A stretch of 60,911 nt of DNA, filler included. It is 7 parts of 7 records of this genome, joined end to end, with 100 filler letters (N's around TTAATTAATTAA, not from the genome) between each part and the next. Parts side by side here need not be neighbours in the genome. Positions count along the whole stretch, not along the records: positions 26,527 to 32,497 come from SRR31147125_22607; positions 32,598 to 43,833 come from SRR31147125_22624; 5 more parts are not named here. One strand, written 5' to 3'. Both the position numbers and the translations under genes were made by a program. This document shows, in pieces, positions 27,926 to 38,075 of this stretch (position 1 is the stretch's first letter; every line of letters begins with the position of its first letter). The notes beneath the pieces are model-generated. The model saw only the letters and a program-made list of their open reading frames with translations, was not told where the DNA came from and made no database searches.

Positions 27926-28483
27926 ATGAAAACAGTTAAGGATAAACATGTATTAGTTGGCGCTGACTTTGCCGGTTTTCCGCTTAAAGAAGCAGTTATT
28001 GCTGATTTAAAAACAAGAGGGTGGAAAGTCACTGATATTGGTGTTAAAGCGGCGGAAGAAGAAGACCCAGAGATGTTTCATCGTATTGGATTAAAAGTTG
28101 GGGCAAAGATTGCAGAGCGAGAATTTGAGCGCGCACTTTTATTCTGTGGAACAGGCACAGGTATCCATATTGCGGCAAGCAAGTGTCCGCATGTACATGC
28201 AACAGTTGTTCAAAGTGTTGCAGCAGCAAGAAGAGCTATTACAGGCAATAATGTAAACGTATTAGCTATGGGGGCATTTTATGTAGCACCACAAATGGGC
28301 ATTGAATGTGCAAGAGAGTTTTTAGAAAATGATCTCGGAACAGGTTGGGAGTATTGGAAGAACTTTTATGAGTTCCATAAGCTAGCATATGATGAGCTTG
28401 AAGAATTTGATTATGATGAATTTAAAGCGAACGGTTTTGAGGTTAAGCGCTTGGGTGACTATCCTCTGGAATTAGAATTATAA
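27926..28483 (+). CDS. RpiB/LacA/LacB family sugar-phosphate isomerase (divergent)
   Basis: GADFAGFPLKE, LFCGTGTG, NNVNVLAMGA; AGGAGG RBS. Confidence 0.88.
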   Translation: MKTVKDKHVLVGADFAGFPLKEAVIADLKTRGWKVTDIGVKAAEEEDPEMFHRIGLKVGAKIAEREFERALLFCGTGTGIHIAASKCPHVHATVVQSVAAARRAITGNNVNVLAMGAFYVAPQMGIECAREFLENDLGTGWEYWKNFYEFHKLAYDELEEFDYDEFKANGFEVKRLGDYPLELEL

Positions 28484-28489
28484 AATCAT

Positions 28490-28530
28490 GTGCCTTTGAG
28501 ATTTTCTATCGAAGGCATTTATATTTTTTT
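28490..28530 (+). terminator. Probable intrinsic terminator
   Basis: GTGCCTTTGA/TCGAAGGCAT hairpin followed by a T-rich tract. Confidence 0.6.
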
Positions 28531-28643
28531 AAAATATACTGCATTTTTAAAATAACTACGCAATTTACGCATAGTTATTTTTTTAATCTTGTTAATTGTT
28601 TGTATTTTGATTTGAAAATACAGTATGATATACTTAATTTATT

Positions 28644-29108
28644 ATGAAAGACAATATAAAAATACGCAAATTAAAAGATGACGAACAACCACCAATGGAA
28701 CTTCTGCTTTTAGCCGACCCATCAGAAAAATTAGTAAATAGTTATCTAGAAAAAGGCTCATGCTATCTTTGTTTAAAGGATAACAAGATAATTGGCGAAT
28801 ATTTAATAATGCCAAAATCTGAAAGCATGATAGAGCTTATGAATGTTGCGGTTTTGGAAAAATATCAAGGTTTAGGGATAGGGAAAAAGCTTGTATTGGA
28901 TGCAATAATTCAAGCAAAAAGTTTAGGATTTAAAACTATGGAAGTTGGAACTGCTGATATTGGCATAATGCAAATTGCATTATACAAAAAATGTGGATTT
29001 AATGAGAAAGAAGTATGGGAAGATTTTTTTATAAAAAAATATTCTGTTCTTATATATGATGATGGAAAATTGTGTAAAGATATGGTGAGGCTAAGCATAG
29101 ACTTATAG
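28644..29108 (+). CDS. GNAT family N-acetyltransferase
   Basis: PMELLLLADPS, ELMNVAV...YQGLGIGKKLV, EVGT, LYKKCGF. Confidence 0.92.
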   Translation: MKDNIKIRKLKDDEQPPMELLLLADPSEKLVNSYLEKGSCYLCLKDNKIIGEYLIMPKSESMIELMNVAVLEKYQGLGIGKKLVLDAIIQAKSLGFKTMEVGTADIGIMQIALYKKCGFNEKEVWEDFFIKKYSVLIYDDGKLCKDMVRLSIDL

Positions 29109-29360
29109 AGTAGGGATGAAAATTATGAAACATAGGTTTTTATTTTTAGGTTCTTGTTGCCTGAGAGTAATATCAATTTCTGCCTATTAATAGAAGATTC
29201 TCTTGCATAGTATTATTTAAAATGATAAAATGTTCTGTAAAGCAAGCAGTAGTATTTAGTTAATTTCTGATAAAGTAAATGTAAATCACATAAATAAATA
29301 GCGTAATATTTTACAAGAAATTGATAATGAAATTTTATTATCGTTAAGGACGAATTGTAT

Positions 29361-30301
29361 ATGGAAGAAAAAGTTACGCTTAGATACGAAGATATACTCG
29401 AAAATATAATGGAAAGTATTGATAGTAACGTTTATTTCAAAGATAGAGATGGAAGATTTATCTATGCAAGCAAAGCTCAGATTATGGGATTTAATGAAAC
29501 GTCTTTGGATAAAGTTGTAGGTAAGACGGATTTTGATTATTTCAACAGAGAAATTGCGCAGCAATCTTATGATGATGAGCAAAAGATAATTAAAACGGAG
29601 AAACCGATACTTGGTAAAGAAGAGAAAATTATATGGGTAAATGGGGAAGTAGCTTGGTATAATGTTTCAAAATATCCGCTATATAACCAACAAGGGCTTT
29701 TAGTAGGCACATGGGGTATCTCGACTAACATCACTCATCAAAAAAATATTGAACTACAGTTAGAAGACCTTAACAGAAAGTTAAAGGAGTCTAATTCTCA
29801 TTATCAATTTATATCTGAAACTGATGAATTAACTAGGCTCTATAATCAACGCAAATTTTTTGAAGATGTACCTGCGGCATATCAACAATATTCAATAAAT
29901 AATCGAAAAGAAAATGTTTTTAGCATTGCATTTATTGATATGGACAGCTTTAAACAAGCTAATGATAAATTTGGGCATCCTTTTGGTGATTTTGTTTTAA
30001 AAGAGTTTGCAGATATTATAAATAATTCCATTAGAGATTGCGATATCGCTTATAGATACGGCGGTGATGAGTTTATGGTTTTATTTAAAGGAGCTAAAAA
30101 AGATACTGCAAAAAAAATAACAAAAGAATTAAAATTACGGTTGAATCACATATATTTGCTGATAAAAGATGCGGGTTTTCTACTACAATCAGCTCTGGTG
30201 TGGCCTTTTGTAAGGAAAGAGAAGACGTTGAAGCACTTGTGAGACTAGCGGATACAAGGTTGTATATAGCTAAAACTTCAGGGAAAAATGTTGTTATTTA
30301 G
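29361..30301 (+). CDS. PAS-GGDEF diguanylate cyclase; frameshift near 30110-30125
   Basis: PAS (VYFKDRDGRF, GKTDFD), DELTRLYN, RYGGDEF; shifted frame continues TISSGVA...ADTRLYIAKTSGKNVVI to TAG 30301. Confidence 0.88.
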
Positions 30302-30482
30302 TTGTTGACTATATAATCCGTTTAAATCTTAATTTGGATATAATTAATTCATGTTTTGTACGCGATCTATTATTAGTACGCGTATTTATTTTGTATAAAA
30401 ACTGTAATATGAAATAGTTTTAATCTTTCAATTTTGAAAGAAGATAATATTTTAACCACTTTTCTGCTATAATTATACTTAG

Positions 30483-31166
30483 GTGATAGTTATGTATAAA
30501 ATTTTGATTGTTGAAGACGACTCAACAATAAACGGTATAATTGCGGAGCATCTAAAAAAATGGGGTCATAATCCTTTTTTGGTTGAAGATTTTGAATTTG
30601 TTATAAAAGAATATACCGAAATCAAACCACATTTAGTACTAATGGATATTAATCTACCTTTTTACGATGGATTTTACTGGTGTGAGAAAATTCGCAATCT
30701 TTCCAGCATACCAATTATTTTTATTTCTTCAAGATATGATAATGTTGATAAAATTCGTGCAATATCAGATGGTGCAGATGATTATATTGAAAAACCGTTT
30801 TCAATGGATGTTTTAATTGCCAAAATTAATGCTATGCTAAGAAGAACATATGATTATAACGATAGTTCTTTTAATATAGTGACATATGAAAATATGATTT
30901 TGGACTTAGAAAAAGCAAAGCTATTAAGCGGTAATACGGAAATTGACCTTTCAAGAAACGAATGCAGTATTCTTTCAATGCTTTTAAAATCATCAGGAAA
31001 GATTGTAAGTAGGACAAAGCTTATAACCGCAATTTGGACAAATGAGAAGTTTGTAGATGAAAATACTCTTTCAGTTAATGTAACGCGGTTGAGAAAGAAG
31101 TTGAAAGAGATTGATAAAGCAGAAATGTTAGAAACAATAAAAGGCAAAGGGTACCGTATAAAATGA
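30483..31166 (+). CDS. OmpR family response regulator, BceR/GraR-like
   Basis: ILIVEDD, LMDINLPFYDGFYWC, VDENTLSVNVTRLRKKL, GKGY; ATG 30492 is an alternative start. Confidence 0.92.
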   Translation: MIVMYKILIVEDDSTINGIIAEHLKKWGHNPFLVEDFEFVIKEYTEIKPHLVLMDINLPFYDGFYWCEKIRNLSSIPIIFISSRYDNVDKIRAISDGADDYIEKPFSMDVLIAKINAMLRRTYDYNDSSFNIVTYENMILDLEKAKLLSGNTEIDLSRNECSILSMLLKSSGKIVSRTKLITAIWTNEKFVDENTLSVNVTRLRKKLKEIDKAEMLETIKGKGYRIK

Positions 31167-32167
31167 AGATTAAAAATTATATTAAGGAGAGACGTGGATT
31201 AATTGTTTTATATGCTTTAAATAGTCTTTTTTGTATTTCGATTATATTTTTGGATAATGGAAAGCTTTGGGGTTTTCAAAATTTTAGATATATAATTTAT
31301 GGGATTTTAATTTTTTCAGCTATTTATTTTTTTATAGATTTTTTTATATTGCGAGCAAGACTTATAAGAATAAGTAAAAATTGCGTTGGAGAAATATCAG
31401 ATATTAGCAATCTTTATTATCCGATAGATATTGCGCATGCAGAAAGCATAAATAAACTCATTGAGGAATATAACAACTACTACAATAAAATCAATGAAGA
31501 TTCAGCTGAAGAAATAGACTTTATTACAAAATGGATACACGATATTAAGGTTCCAATTGCAGCGATGAACCTGATTTTAGATGAAAAAGAGGACGAAGAC
31601 TTTGCAAAAATGAAGATGGCACTAACAGATGTAGAAAATGGTACACAAAAAGTGCTTTATCATATAAAACTAAAATCTTTTTATGATGATTATCAAATCG
31701 TTCAGACAAGTACGCAAAAGTTGATAATGGATATTTTATCTAATTTTACAATTTTTCTAGATAATAAGGATATAATGCTTACACTTGAAGGTGATGATAA
31801 AAAGATATTAACCGATGAAAAGTGGAGTGGATATATTCTTGCACAAATTTTGTATAATGCAATAAAAAATACGCCACATTCAGGAAAAATCACAATATCA
31901 ACTATTAAAAATGAAGAAGGTGTAAAAATCACTATAAAGAATTCGGGTGCAGGCATAAAAGAAGAAGATTTGAAAAATATTTTTAACAAAGGCTATACGT
32001 CCAGTATTAACAGAACTAAGTCGAAATCTACTGGTTATGGGCTATATTTAGCTAAGAGATTAGCTGATAAATTGGAACATAAACTGATTGCCTCTTCATC
32101 ATATGGACAGTACGCAGCCTTTTCATTGATTTTTACAAATAATGAGTTATACATGACAAAAATGTAA
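31163..32167 (+). CDS. Intramembrane-sensing histidine kinase, BceS/GraS-like
   Basis: Two N-terminal TM helices, WIHDIKVP H-box, TDEKW, GYTS...STGYGLYL. Confidence 0.92.
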   Translation: MKIKNYIKERRGLIVLYALNSLFCISIIFLDNGKLWGFQNFRYIIYGILIFSAIYFFIDFFILRARLIRISKNCVGEISDISNLYYPIDIAHAESINKLIEEYNNYYNKINEDSAEEIDFITKWIHDIKVPIAAMNLILDEKEDEDFAKMKMALTDVENGTQKVLYHIKLKSFYDDYQIVQTSTQKLIMDILSNFTIFLDNKDIMLTLEGDDKKILTDEKWSGYILAQILYNAIKNTPHSGKITISTIKNEEGVKITIKNSGAGIKEEDLKNIFNKGYTSSINRTKSKSTGYGLYLAKRLADKLEHKLIASSSYGQYAAFSLIFTNNELYMTKM

Positions 32168-32190
32168 GGTTCAAAGTATATTTGTAAGGT
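32154..32190 (+). promoter_or_regulatory. BceR/GraR-type binding site upstream of the ABC transporter
   Basis: TGACA-AAAA-TGTAAG (ACA-N4-TGT) overlapping the kinase stop; second TGTAAGGT 20 bp downstream. Confidence 0.7.
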
Positions 32191-32255
32191 TATTCGATTT
32201 TAAAATTTAACTGAAAAAAATATAATTTGCATATATCAAAATAAAGGAGTTAAAT

Positions 32256-32497
32256 ATGCAAATATTAAGAGCAAAGAATATTAGTAAACAATATGGCAGC
32301 AAAAACAAAGTATATATTGCGCTAAAAAATATATCTTTCGAAGTGGATAAAGGTGATTTTTTGGGCATCATGGGTCCGTCTGGATCCGGTAAGACAACAC
32401 TTCTTAATATCCTAGGCAGTATTGATATACCATCAACTGGTAAATTGATTGTAAAAGGCAAGGAGGTAGCAGGCTTAAGCAAGGGTGCTGTTGCAAA
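32256..32497 (+). CDS. BceA-like ABC ATP-binding protein (truncated)
   Basis: GIMGPSGSGKTTLLN; follows the BceRS-like pair. Confidence 0.88.
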
Positions 32498-32597
32498 NNN
32501 NNNNNNNNNNNNNNNNNNNNNNNNNNNNNNNNNNNNNNNNNTTAATTAATTAANNNNNNNNNNNNNNNNNNNNNNNNNNNNNNNNNNNNNNNNNNNN
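32498..32597. other. Artificial contig spacer
   Basis: N/TTAATTAATTAA/N. Confidence 0.99.
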
Positions 32598-32662
32598 CCC
32601 TGTCGGGACTTTCCCTTAAAAAGGGAAAGATGCTATGATGTAACTAAGACGCTGATTAGAAC

Positions 32663-32703
32663 TTTCTCCACTCATGAGGGGAGATGCTGATAAGCAGAGG
32701 GGG
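32663..32703 (+). repeat. About 40-bp dispersed repeat, copy 1 (upstream of sulfatase 1)
   Basis: TTTCTCCACTCATGAGGGGAGATGCTGATAAGCAGAGGGGG; similar to 34410-34447. Confidence 0.7.
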
Positions 32704-32718
32704 CAAGAAAATAAAAAT

Positions 32719-34373
32719 ATGAAAACACTACTACTAACAATCATCGCAGCTACTCTTTTTGCAGCTGCACGCAAAACTCAAAACAAGAAACTCAGAACTT
32801 AAAACGTCCCAATATTTTGTTCCTCGCTATTGACGACCTGCGTCCCGAGTTGGGATGTTACGGCTCTGAAATTGCTGTTTCTCCGAATATGGATAAACTG
32901 GCAAATGGCGGAATGCTTTTTACCCGTGCCTATTGTCAGCAAGCCATTTGCGGCCCCTCGCGTGCCAGTTTAATGACCGGTGCCCGGCCTGAATCAATTG
33001 GTGTAACACATAACTATGTTGAGTTTCGCGATGGCAAGCAGCCTGATGTTGTAACCCTTGCACAACATTTCAGAAATAATGGTTACGAAACTGTTTACTG
33101 CGGAAAAATATTCCATGGGAAAGATACGGATGAAGAGATCTCGTGGAGCCGGGAGCCTGCAACAAATGCTCCGGAAATTAAAGCACTGCCAATACCGGTA
33201 GGCTTTGCTCTTCCCGAAAATAATGAGATTCGTGCAAAAGATAAAAAAGCCATGTTTGCCAAATACGGGGAACAGGCCAAATTTGGTTTGGCAATGGGAC
33301 CTGCATACGAATGTGCCGATGTATCTGACCAAACTTACCACGATGGTTATAATGCCGACCTGGCAATTGCTACCATGAAAGACATGTTGACGAAGAATCC
33401 GGATAAACCTTTCTTTTTGGGACTTGGAATGAAAAAACCACACCTGAATTGGGTGGCTCCGAAAAAATATTGGGACATGTACAATCGCGAAGATATTCCG
33501 ATGGCAAGCAACACCAATGCACCCGAAAATGGAGCAAGCATGGGATTGCATGCCTCGTTTGAATTGCGTGTGCGTTCGGGTATTCCTAAAAAAGGCAACC
33601 TCGACCCGGAAATGGAACGCACACTGAAACATGCCTATTTATCGTGTGTGAGTTATGTTGATGCGCAACTTGGACGAATGATTGATGCTTTGGAAGAAGC
33701 CGGTGTTCGCGAGAATACAATTATTGTTCTTTGGGGCGACCATGGCTGGCACCTCGGCGATATGGGCGTTTGGGGAAAAGCTACCAATTACGAAATTGCT
33801 ACCCGCGTTCCTATGATGATTTGGACACCCAATATGCCCGATAAAAATCGTGGTTTTAAATCGGATGCTTTGGTTGAATTGGTAGATATTTATCCAACAC
33901 TTTGTGATTTGGCAGGACTAGAATTTCCTAAACATTTGGAAGGACAGAGTTACGCGCCGCTTTTAGAAAATCCGAATCAGGATTGGAAAGCAGCAGCGTT
34001 CAGCCAGTTCCCAAATTCGGCTTTGCGCGAGTGGGGAGCATATCCACTTCGCCCCGGAATGCGCGAAACATTTTTTGGTCCGCTTATTACTGAAGTTGAA
34101 GAACGCATTCAAAAACAACTTCCACAGAAATGGGACCGAGAGCTTTTCGAACAACACTTAATGGGCTATTCAATGCGTACCGAAGATTACCGGTTTATAG
34201 TGTGGAAAGACAGAAGAAATACTGAACAGCCACCATTGTACACCGAATTGTACGACCATAAAAACGATCCCCTGGAAACCTTAAATATTGCACCGGAACA
34301 ACCTAAATTAGTTGAAGAATTATTAGCTCAGTTTAATAAAGGTTGGAAAGGTAATATGGCGAAGGTGAATTAG
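32719..34373 (+). CDS. Lipoprotein sulfatase (S1, iduronate-2-sulfatase-like); 1-nt deletion in T-run near 32760
   Basis: IDDLRP, CGPSRASLMTG, GKIFH, KPHL, GDHGWHLG; one extra T restores MKTLLLTIIAATLFCSC...KRPNILF. Confidence 0.9.
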
Positions 34374-34409
34374 AATAAGAAAGATAATTACTTTACCCTT
34401 TTGAAGCCA

Positions 34410-34447
34410 TTTCCTCTCATGAAGGGAGATGCTGACAAGCAAAGGGG
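34410..34447 (+). repeat. About 40-bp dispersed repeat, copy 2 (upstream of sulfatase 2)
   Basis: TTTCCTCTCATGAAGGGAGATGCTGACAAGCAAAGGGG. Confidence 0.7.
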
Positions 34448-34488
34448 TAGAGAAAAAAGAATTTAACGACCTGAAATAAAAAACAAAA

Positions 34489-35955
34489 ATGAAAACACTA
34501 AAATTAGCAACAAGCCTGCTGGTTTTTGTTATGGCATTCGCAAGCTGCACAAGCAAATCCAGCAACAAGAATCCGGAATCTAATATCGAGAAGCCCAACA
34601 TCCTCGTAGTTCTTTGCGATGACCTTGGCTATGGCGACGTTGGTTTTAACGGTTCAAAAGATATCCGTACGCCAAACCTTGATAAACTGGCAAACAATGG
34701 AATGGTATTTTCTTCGGCATATAACACGCACCCGTTTTGTGGACCGAGCCGGGCCTCGCTAATGACCGGACGGTATGCTCAAGCCATTGGAACTCCTTAT
34801 AATATGTGGGAAAAAGATGGCAGAACTGATGATGGCGTACCTGTTTCGGAAACGTTTATCAGTAATGTTTTGCAAGATGCCGGTTATTATACTGCGGCAG
34901 TAGGTAAGTGGCACCTCGGATTTTCTCCGCGTTTTCAACCTAATAATCGTGGTTACGACGAGTTTTACGGTTTTTTAAGTGGCGGTCACGATTATTTTCC
35001 TGAAGATTTTGCTCCCAAATATCAAAAACAAAAAGAGGTAGGAATTCCACATATTCGGGAATATTTGAAACCGTTGGTTCATAACGATAAAGAGGTGAAA
35101 GAAACAGAATATATAACCGATGCTTTGTCGTGCGAAGCTGTTCGGATTATAAAAGATGCAGCGAACAAGGAAAAGCCTTTCTTTATGTACCTGGCTTACA
35201 ATGCGCCGCATGTTCCGTTGCAGGCTAAAGAAGAAGATATGGCGCAATTCCCTGAGATAAAAGATATGGACCGGAAAAAATACGCAGGCATGGTTTACGC
35301 TGTCGACCGTGGAGTTGGAGAGATTGTAAAAACGCTGAAAACACTTGGGCAGTTGGAAAATACTTTGATTGTTTTTTCGAGCGATAACGGTGGACATACC
35401 GGGCATGGTGCAACAAATACTCCCCTGCAAGGTCGTAAAGGCGATGCCTGGGAAGGTGGTTTCCGTACGCCAATGTTTTGGCATTATCCTGCAAAAATTA
35501 AAGCCGGTTCAAAATTCGATATTCCTGTTTCAACACTCGATTATTACCCAACATTTGCAGGTTTGGCAGGCGCAAAAATTCCTGAAGGGAAAATTTTAGA
35601 TGGCACCGATATTATGGACGATATTCAGGAAGGGAAAGAGGATTTAAAAGAACGCCCGATTTATTGTTGTCGCTACCGCGAAGGATATTTTGATGCCGGT
35701 ACAAGAATAGGCGATTGGAAGCTTACAAAGATGTATAACGAAGATTGGAAGCTTTTCAAAATAAACGAAGACCTCGGAGAAGCAAACGATGTTAGCGAAC
35801 AGCATCCTGAAAAAATGAATGAGCTGAAAGCGGATATGTATGAGTGGACCAAATGTCATGTTAAACCTTTGTGGTGCTACACCCCGGAAGACCAAAAAAT
35901 GTGGGACGATGGTGTATTGCCTGATTATGAAAAGGCATTTGGTTTAGAAGAATAA
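34489..35955 (+). CDS. Lipoprotein arylsulfatase-family sulfatase (S1)
   Basis: Lipobox FASC, DDLGYGD, CGPSRASLMTG, GKWHLG, APHVP, SDNGG. Confidence 0.94.
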   Translation: MKTLKLATSLLVFVMAFASCTSKSSNKNPESNIEKPNILVVLCDDLGYGDVGFNGSKDIRTPNLDKLANNGMVFSSAYNTHPFCGPSRASLMTGRYAQAIGTPYNMWEKDGRTDDGVPVSETFISNVLQDAGYYTAAVGKWHLGFSPRFQPNNRGYDEFYGFLSGGHDYFPEDFAPKYQKQKEVGIPHIREYLKPLVHNDKEVKETEYITDALSCEAVRIIKDAANKEKPFFMYLAYNAPHVPLQAKEEDMAQFPEIKDMDRKKYAGMVYAVDRGVGEIVKTLKTLGQLENTLIVFSSDNGGHTGHGATNTPLQGRKGDAWEGGFRTPMFWHYPAKIKAGSKFDIPVSTLDYYPTFAGLAGAKIPEGKILDGTDIMDDIQEGKEDLKERPIYCCRYREGYFDAGTRIGDWKLTKMYNEDWKLFKINEDLGEANDVSEQHPEKMNELKADMYEWTKCHVKPLWCYTPEDQKMWDDGVLPDYEKAFGLEE

Positions 35956-36178
35956 CGGAGCGATATAATTTAAAAGAGAAAGGTGGTAATGAGATGTGGA
36001 ACTTAAATGTGGTTTTGCATCTCATTATTTTATTGCCTCTACTGTCCAGTTAATTTTGTGCAAATTTTCCTTTCCAATATAGGTGTCAAAACAAGTATTC
36101 ATTATAAGAAAAAGAATCTTCTATAATTGTCATTAGTTGCATTATAAGTACATTTGATAATTATTAAAAATTCATATA

Positions 36179-37315
36179 ATGAATAGAAGTAAATTAAGGT
36201 TGACAAATATAAATCTTAGTGGTTTTAAATCAATAAATTCCATTGGGCAAAATATACCTATCGGGGATATTACAATTTTATTGGGAGCAAACGGGGCAGG
36301 GAAAAGTAATTTAATTTCTTTTTTTCAAATGCTCAATTTTATGACAACTGGTGCTTTGCAAACCTACTTGGGGCAAAGTGGTTCAGCTGACTCGTTGTTA
36401 TATTTTGGTTCAAAAATAACAACAAGATTAAATGCAGAAATTACGTTTTCAGATTCCAAATCAATGGATAAGTATAATTTTAGCTTGGCCCATGCTGCAG
36501 GAGATACTATGATTTTTACAGAGGAAACTCTTCTTTGGCAATCTCATAATAATCCCAGACCATTTGAAATTTCACTTGATCCCGGTGTTAAAGAATCTGG
36601 ACTTTATGAGTATTGTAAAAAGAGAGAAGCTAAAACAGCTCGTATTATTTTTAATCTGCTAAAAGACTGCCAGGTATTTCAGTTCCATGATACGTCAAAA
36701 GAAGCTAAGATTCGAAATAGTGGCTATATCAACGATGATAGTTTTCTTAGAAGTAATGGAGGGAACCTTGCAGCCTTTCTATATTCAATAAAAAAACAAA
36801 GGAATGGGGAAAAATATTATGATAGGATTGTAAGATACATTAGAATGGCAATGCCGCAGTTCAATGATTTTGTGCTAATGCCATCTGTAAGAAATGATAA
36901 TTACATAATGCTAAATTGGATTGAGAATGATTCAGACTATTTGTTCGGGCCACATCAAATCTCAGATGGCTCGCTAAGATTCATGGCCTTAACAACATTG
37001 CTCCTTCAACCACCAGCATCACTCCCCTCTGTTATAATCCTAGATGAACCAGAACTTGGATTACATCCATCTGCAATATCTTTATTAGCAGGAATGGTAA
37101 GAACAGCGAGTCAAAATTGCCAGATTTTACTTGCAACGCAGTCTACAAGGTTGATTGATGAATTTGATTCTCAAAATATTGTAATAGTTGAACGAAATGA
37201 GGAAGAAAGATGTAGTGTATTTAAAAAATTGAATGACGAAAATTTAAAAGACTGGCTGGAGCGATATAGCATGAGTGAACTTTGGGAAAAAAATGTAATT
37301 GGAGGTAGGCCATGA
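36179..37315 (+). CDS. ABC-class (AAA_21-like) ATPase
   Basis: GFKSI, GANGAGKSN, ISDGSLRF, ILDEPELGLHP, ATQS, LWEKNVIGGRP. Confidence 0.9.
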   Translation: MNRSKLRLTNINLSGFKSINSIGQNIPIGDITILLGANGAGKSNLISFFQMLNFMTTGALQTYLGQSGSADSLLYFGSKITTRLNAEITFSDSKSMDKYNFSLAHAAGDTMIFTEETLLWQSHNNPRPFEISLDPGVKESGLYEYCKKREAKTARIIFNLLKDCQVFQFHDTSKEAKIRNSGYINDDSFLRSNGGNLAAFLYSIKKQRNGEKYYDRIVRYIRMAMPQFNDFVLMPSVRNDNYIMLNWIENDSDYLFGPHQISDGSLRFMALTTLLLQPPASLPSVIILDEPELGLHPSAISLLAGMVRTASQNCQILLATQSTRLIDEFDSQNIVIVERNEEERCSVFKKLNDENLKDWLERYSMSELWEKNVIGGRP

Positions 37316-37998
37316 AAAAGTTCACAAGATTAAATATCACTGCAGAAGGTCAGACTGAAGAAAGATTTGTCAAGCAAACGCTTTCAATTCACCTTGGTAA
37401 TTATAACATTTCAACAGATGTTAGATGTGTTTTAACTAGTAAAGACAAGCAGAAATGTTATAGAGGAGGATTGATTAGCTACCAGAAAGCTAAAAGTGAT
37501 ATATTAACATGGTTAAAGGAAGATAATGATCCGAATGTCAGATTTACTTCAATGTTCGATTTGTACGCTCTTCCAAACGACTTTCCTAAATTTGAAGAAT
37601 CCAAGAAAATTAATGATGCATATAAGCGTGTCGAGTTTCTTGAATCTGCCTTTGCAGAAGACATAAATGATTACAGGTTCATACCTTACATACAGTTATA
37701 TGAATTTGAATCGCTTTTGTTGTCAAAACCAGAAGAACTGGAAATTGAATACTTTGACCATATTGAGGCAATAGAAAAATTAAAGACTTTGCTAAGTCAA
37801 GTTGGAAATCCTGAATTAATAAACGACAATCCCGAAACTGCCCCTTCAAAGCGGATAATCAAACTTATACCCGAATATGAATGCAATAAAGTTAGTGCAG
37901 GTGCTACTATCGCTGGAATAATTGGAATAGACTGGCTAAAAAGTAACTGTAAACACTTTAACGAATGGATTATGAAATTGGAAAATATAATCATCTGA
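37312..37998 (+). CDS. DUF4276 family (TOPRIM-like) protein
   Basis: EGQTEERFV, MFDLYALP, PYIQLYEFE, NPELIND...APSKR, CKHFNEW; ATGA overlap with the ATPase. Confidence 0.85.
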   Translation: MKKFTRLNITAEGQTEERFVKQTLSIHLGNYNISTDVRCVLTSKDKQKCYRGGLISYQKAKSDILTWLKEDNDPNVRFTSMFDLYALPNDFPKFEESKKINDAYKRVEFLESAFAEDINDYRFIPYIQLYEFESLLLSKPEELEIEYFDHIEAIEKLKTLLSQVGNPELINDNPETAPSKRIIKLIPEYECNKVSAGATIAGIIGIDWLKSNCKHFNEWIMKLENIII

Positions 37999-38075
37999 TA
38001 CAAGAAATTGGGACACGTAAATAAGAGTTAAATGTATATCAGAACTCAGCAAATGCTTTTTTTGTTCTGTAATTT

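Noticed and set aside
30483-32497. Two-component system plus ABC transporter as a novel system
   Set aside because: Typical BceRS-BceAB-type antimicrobial peptide module
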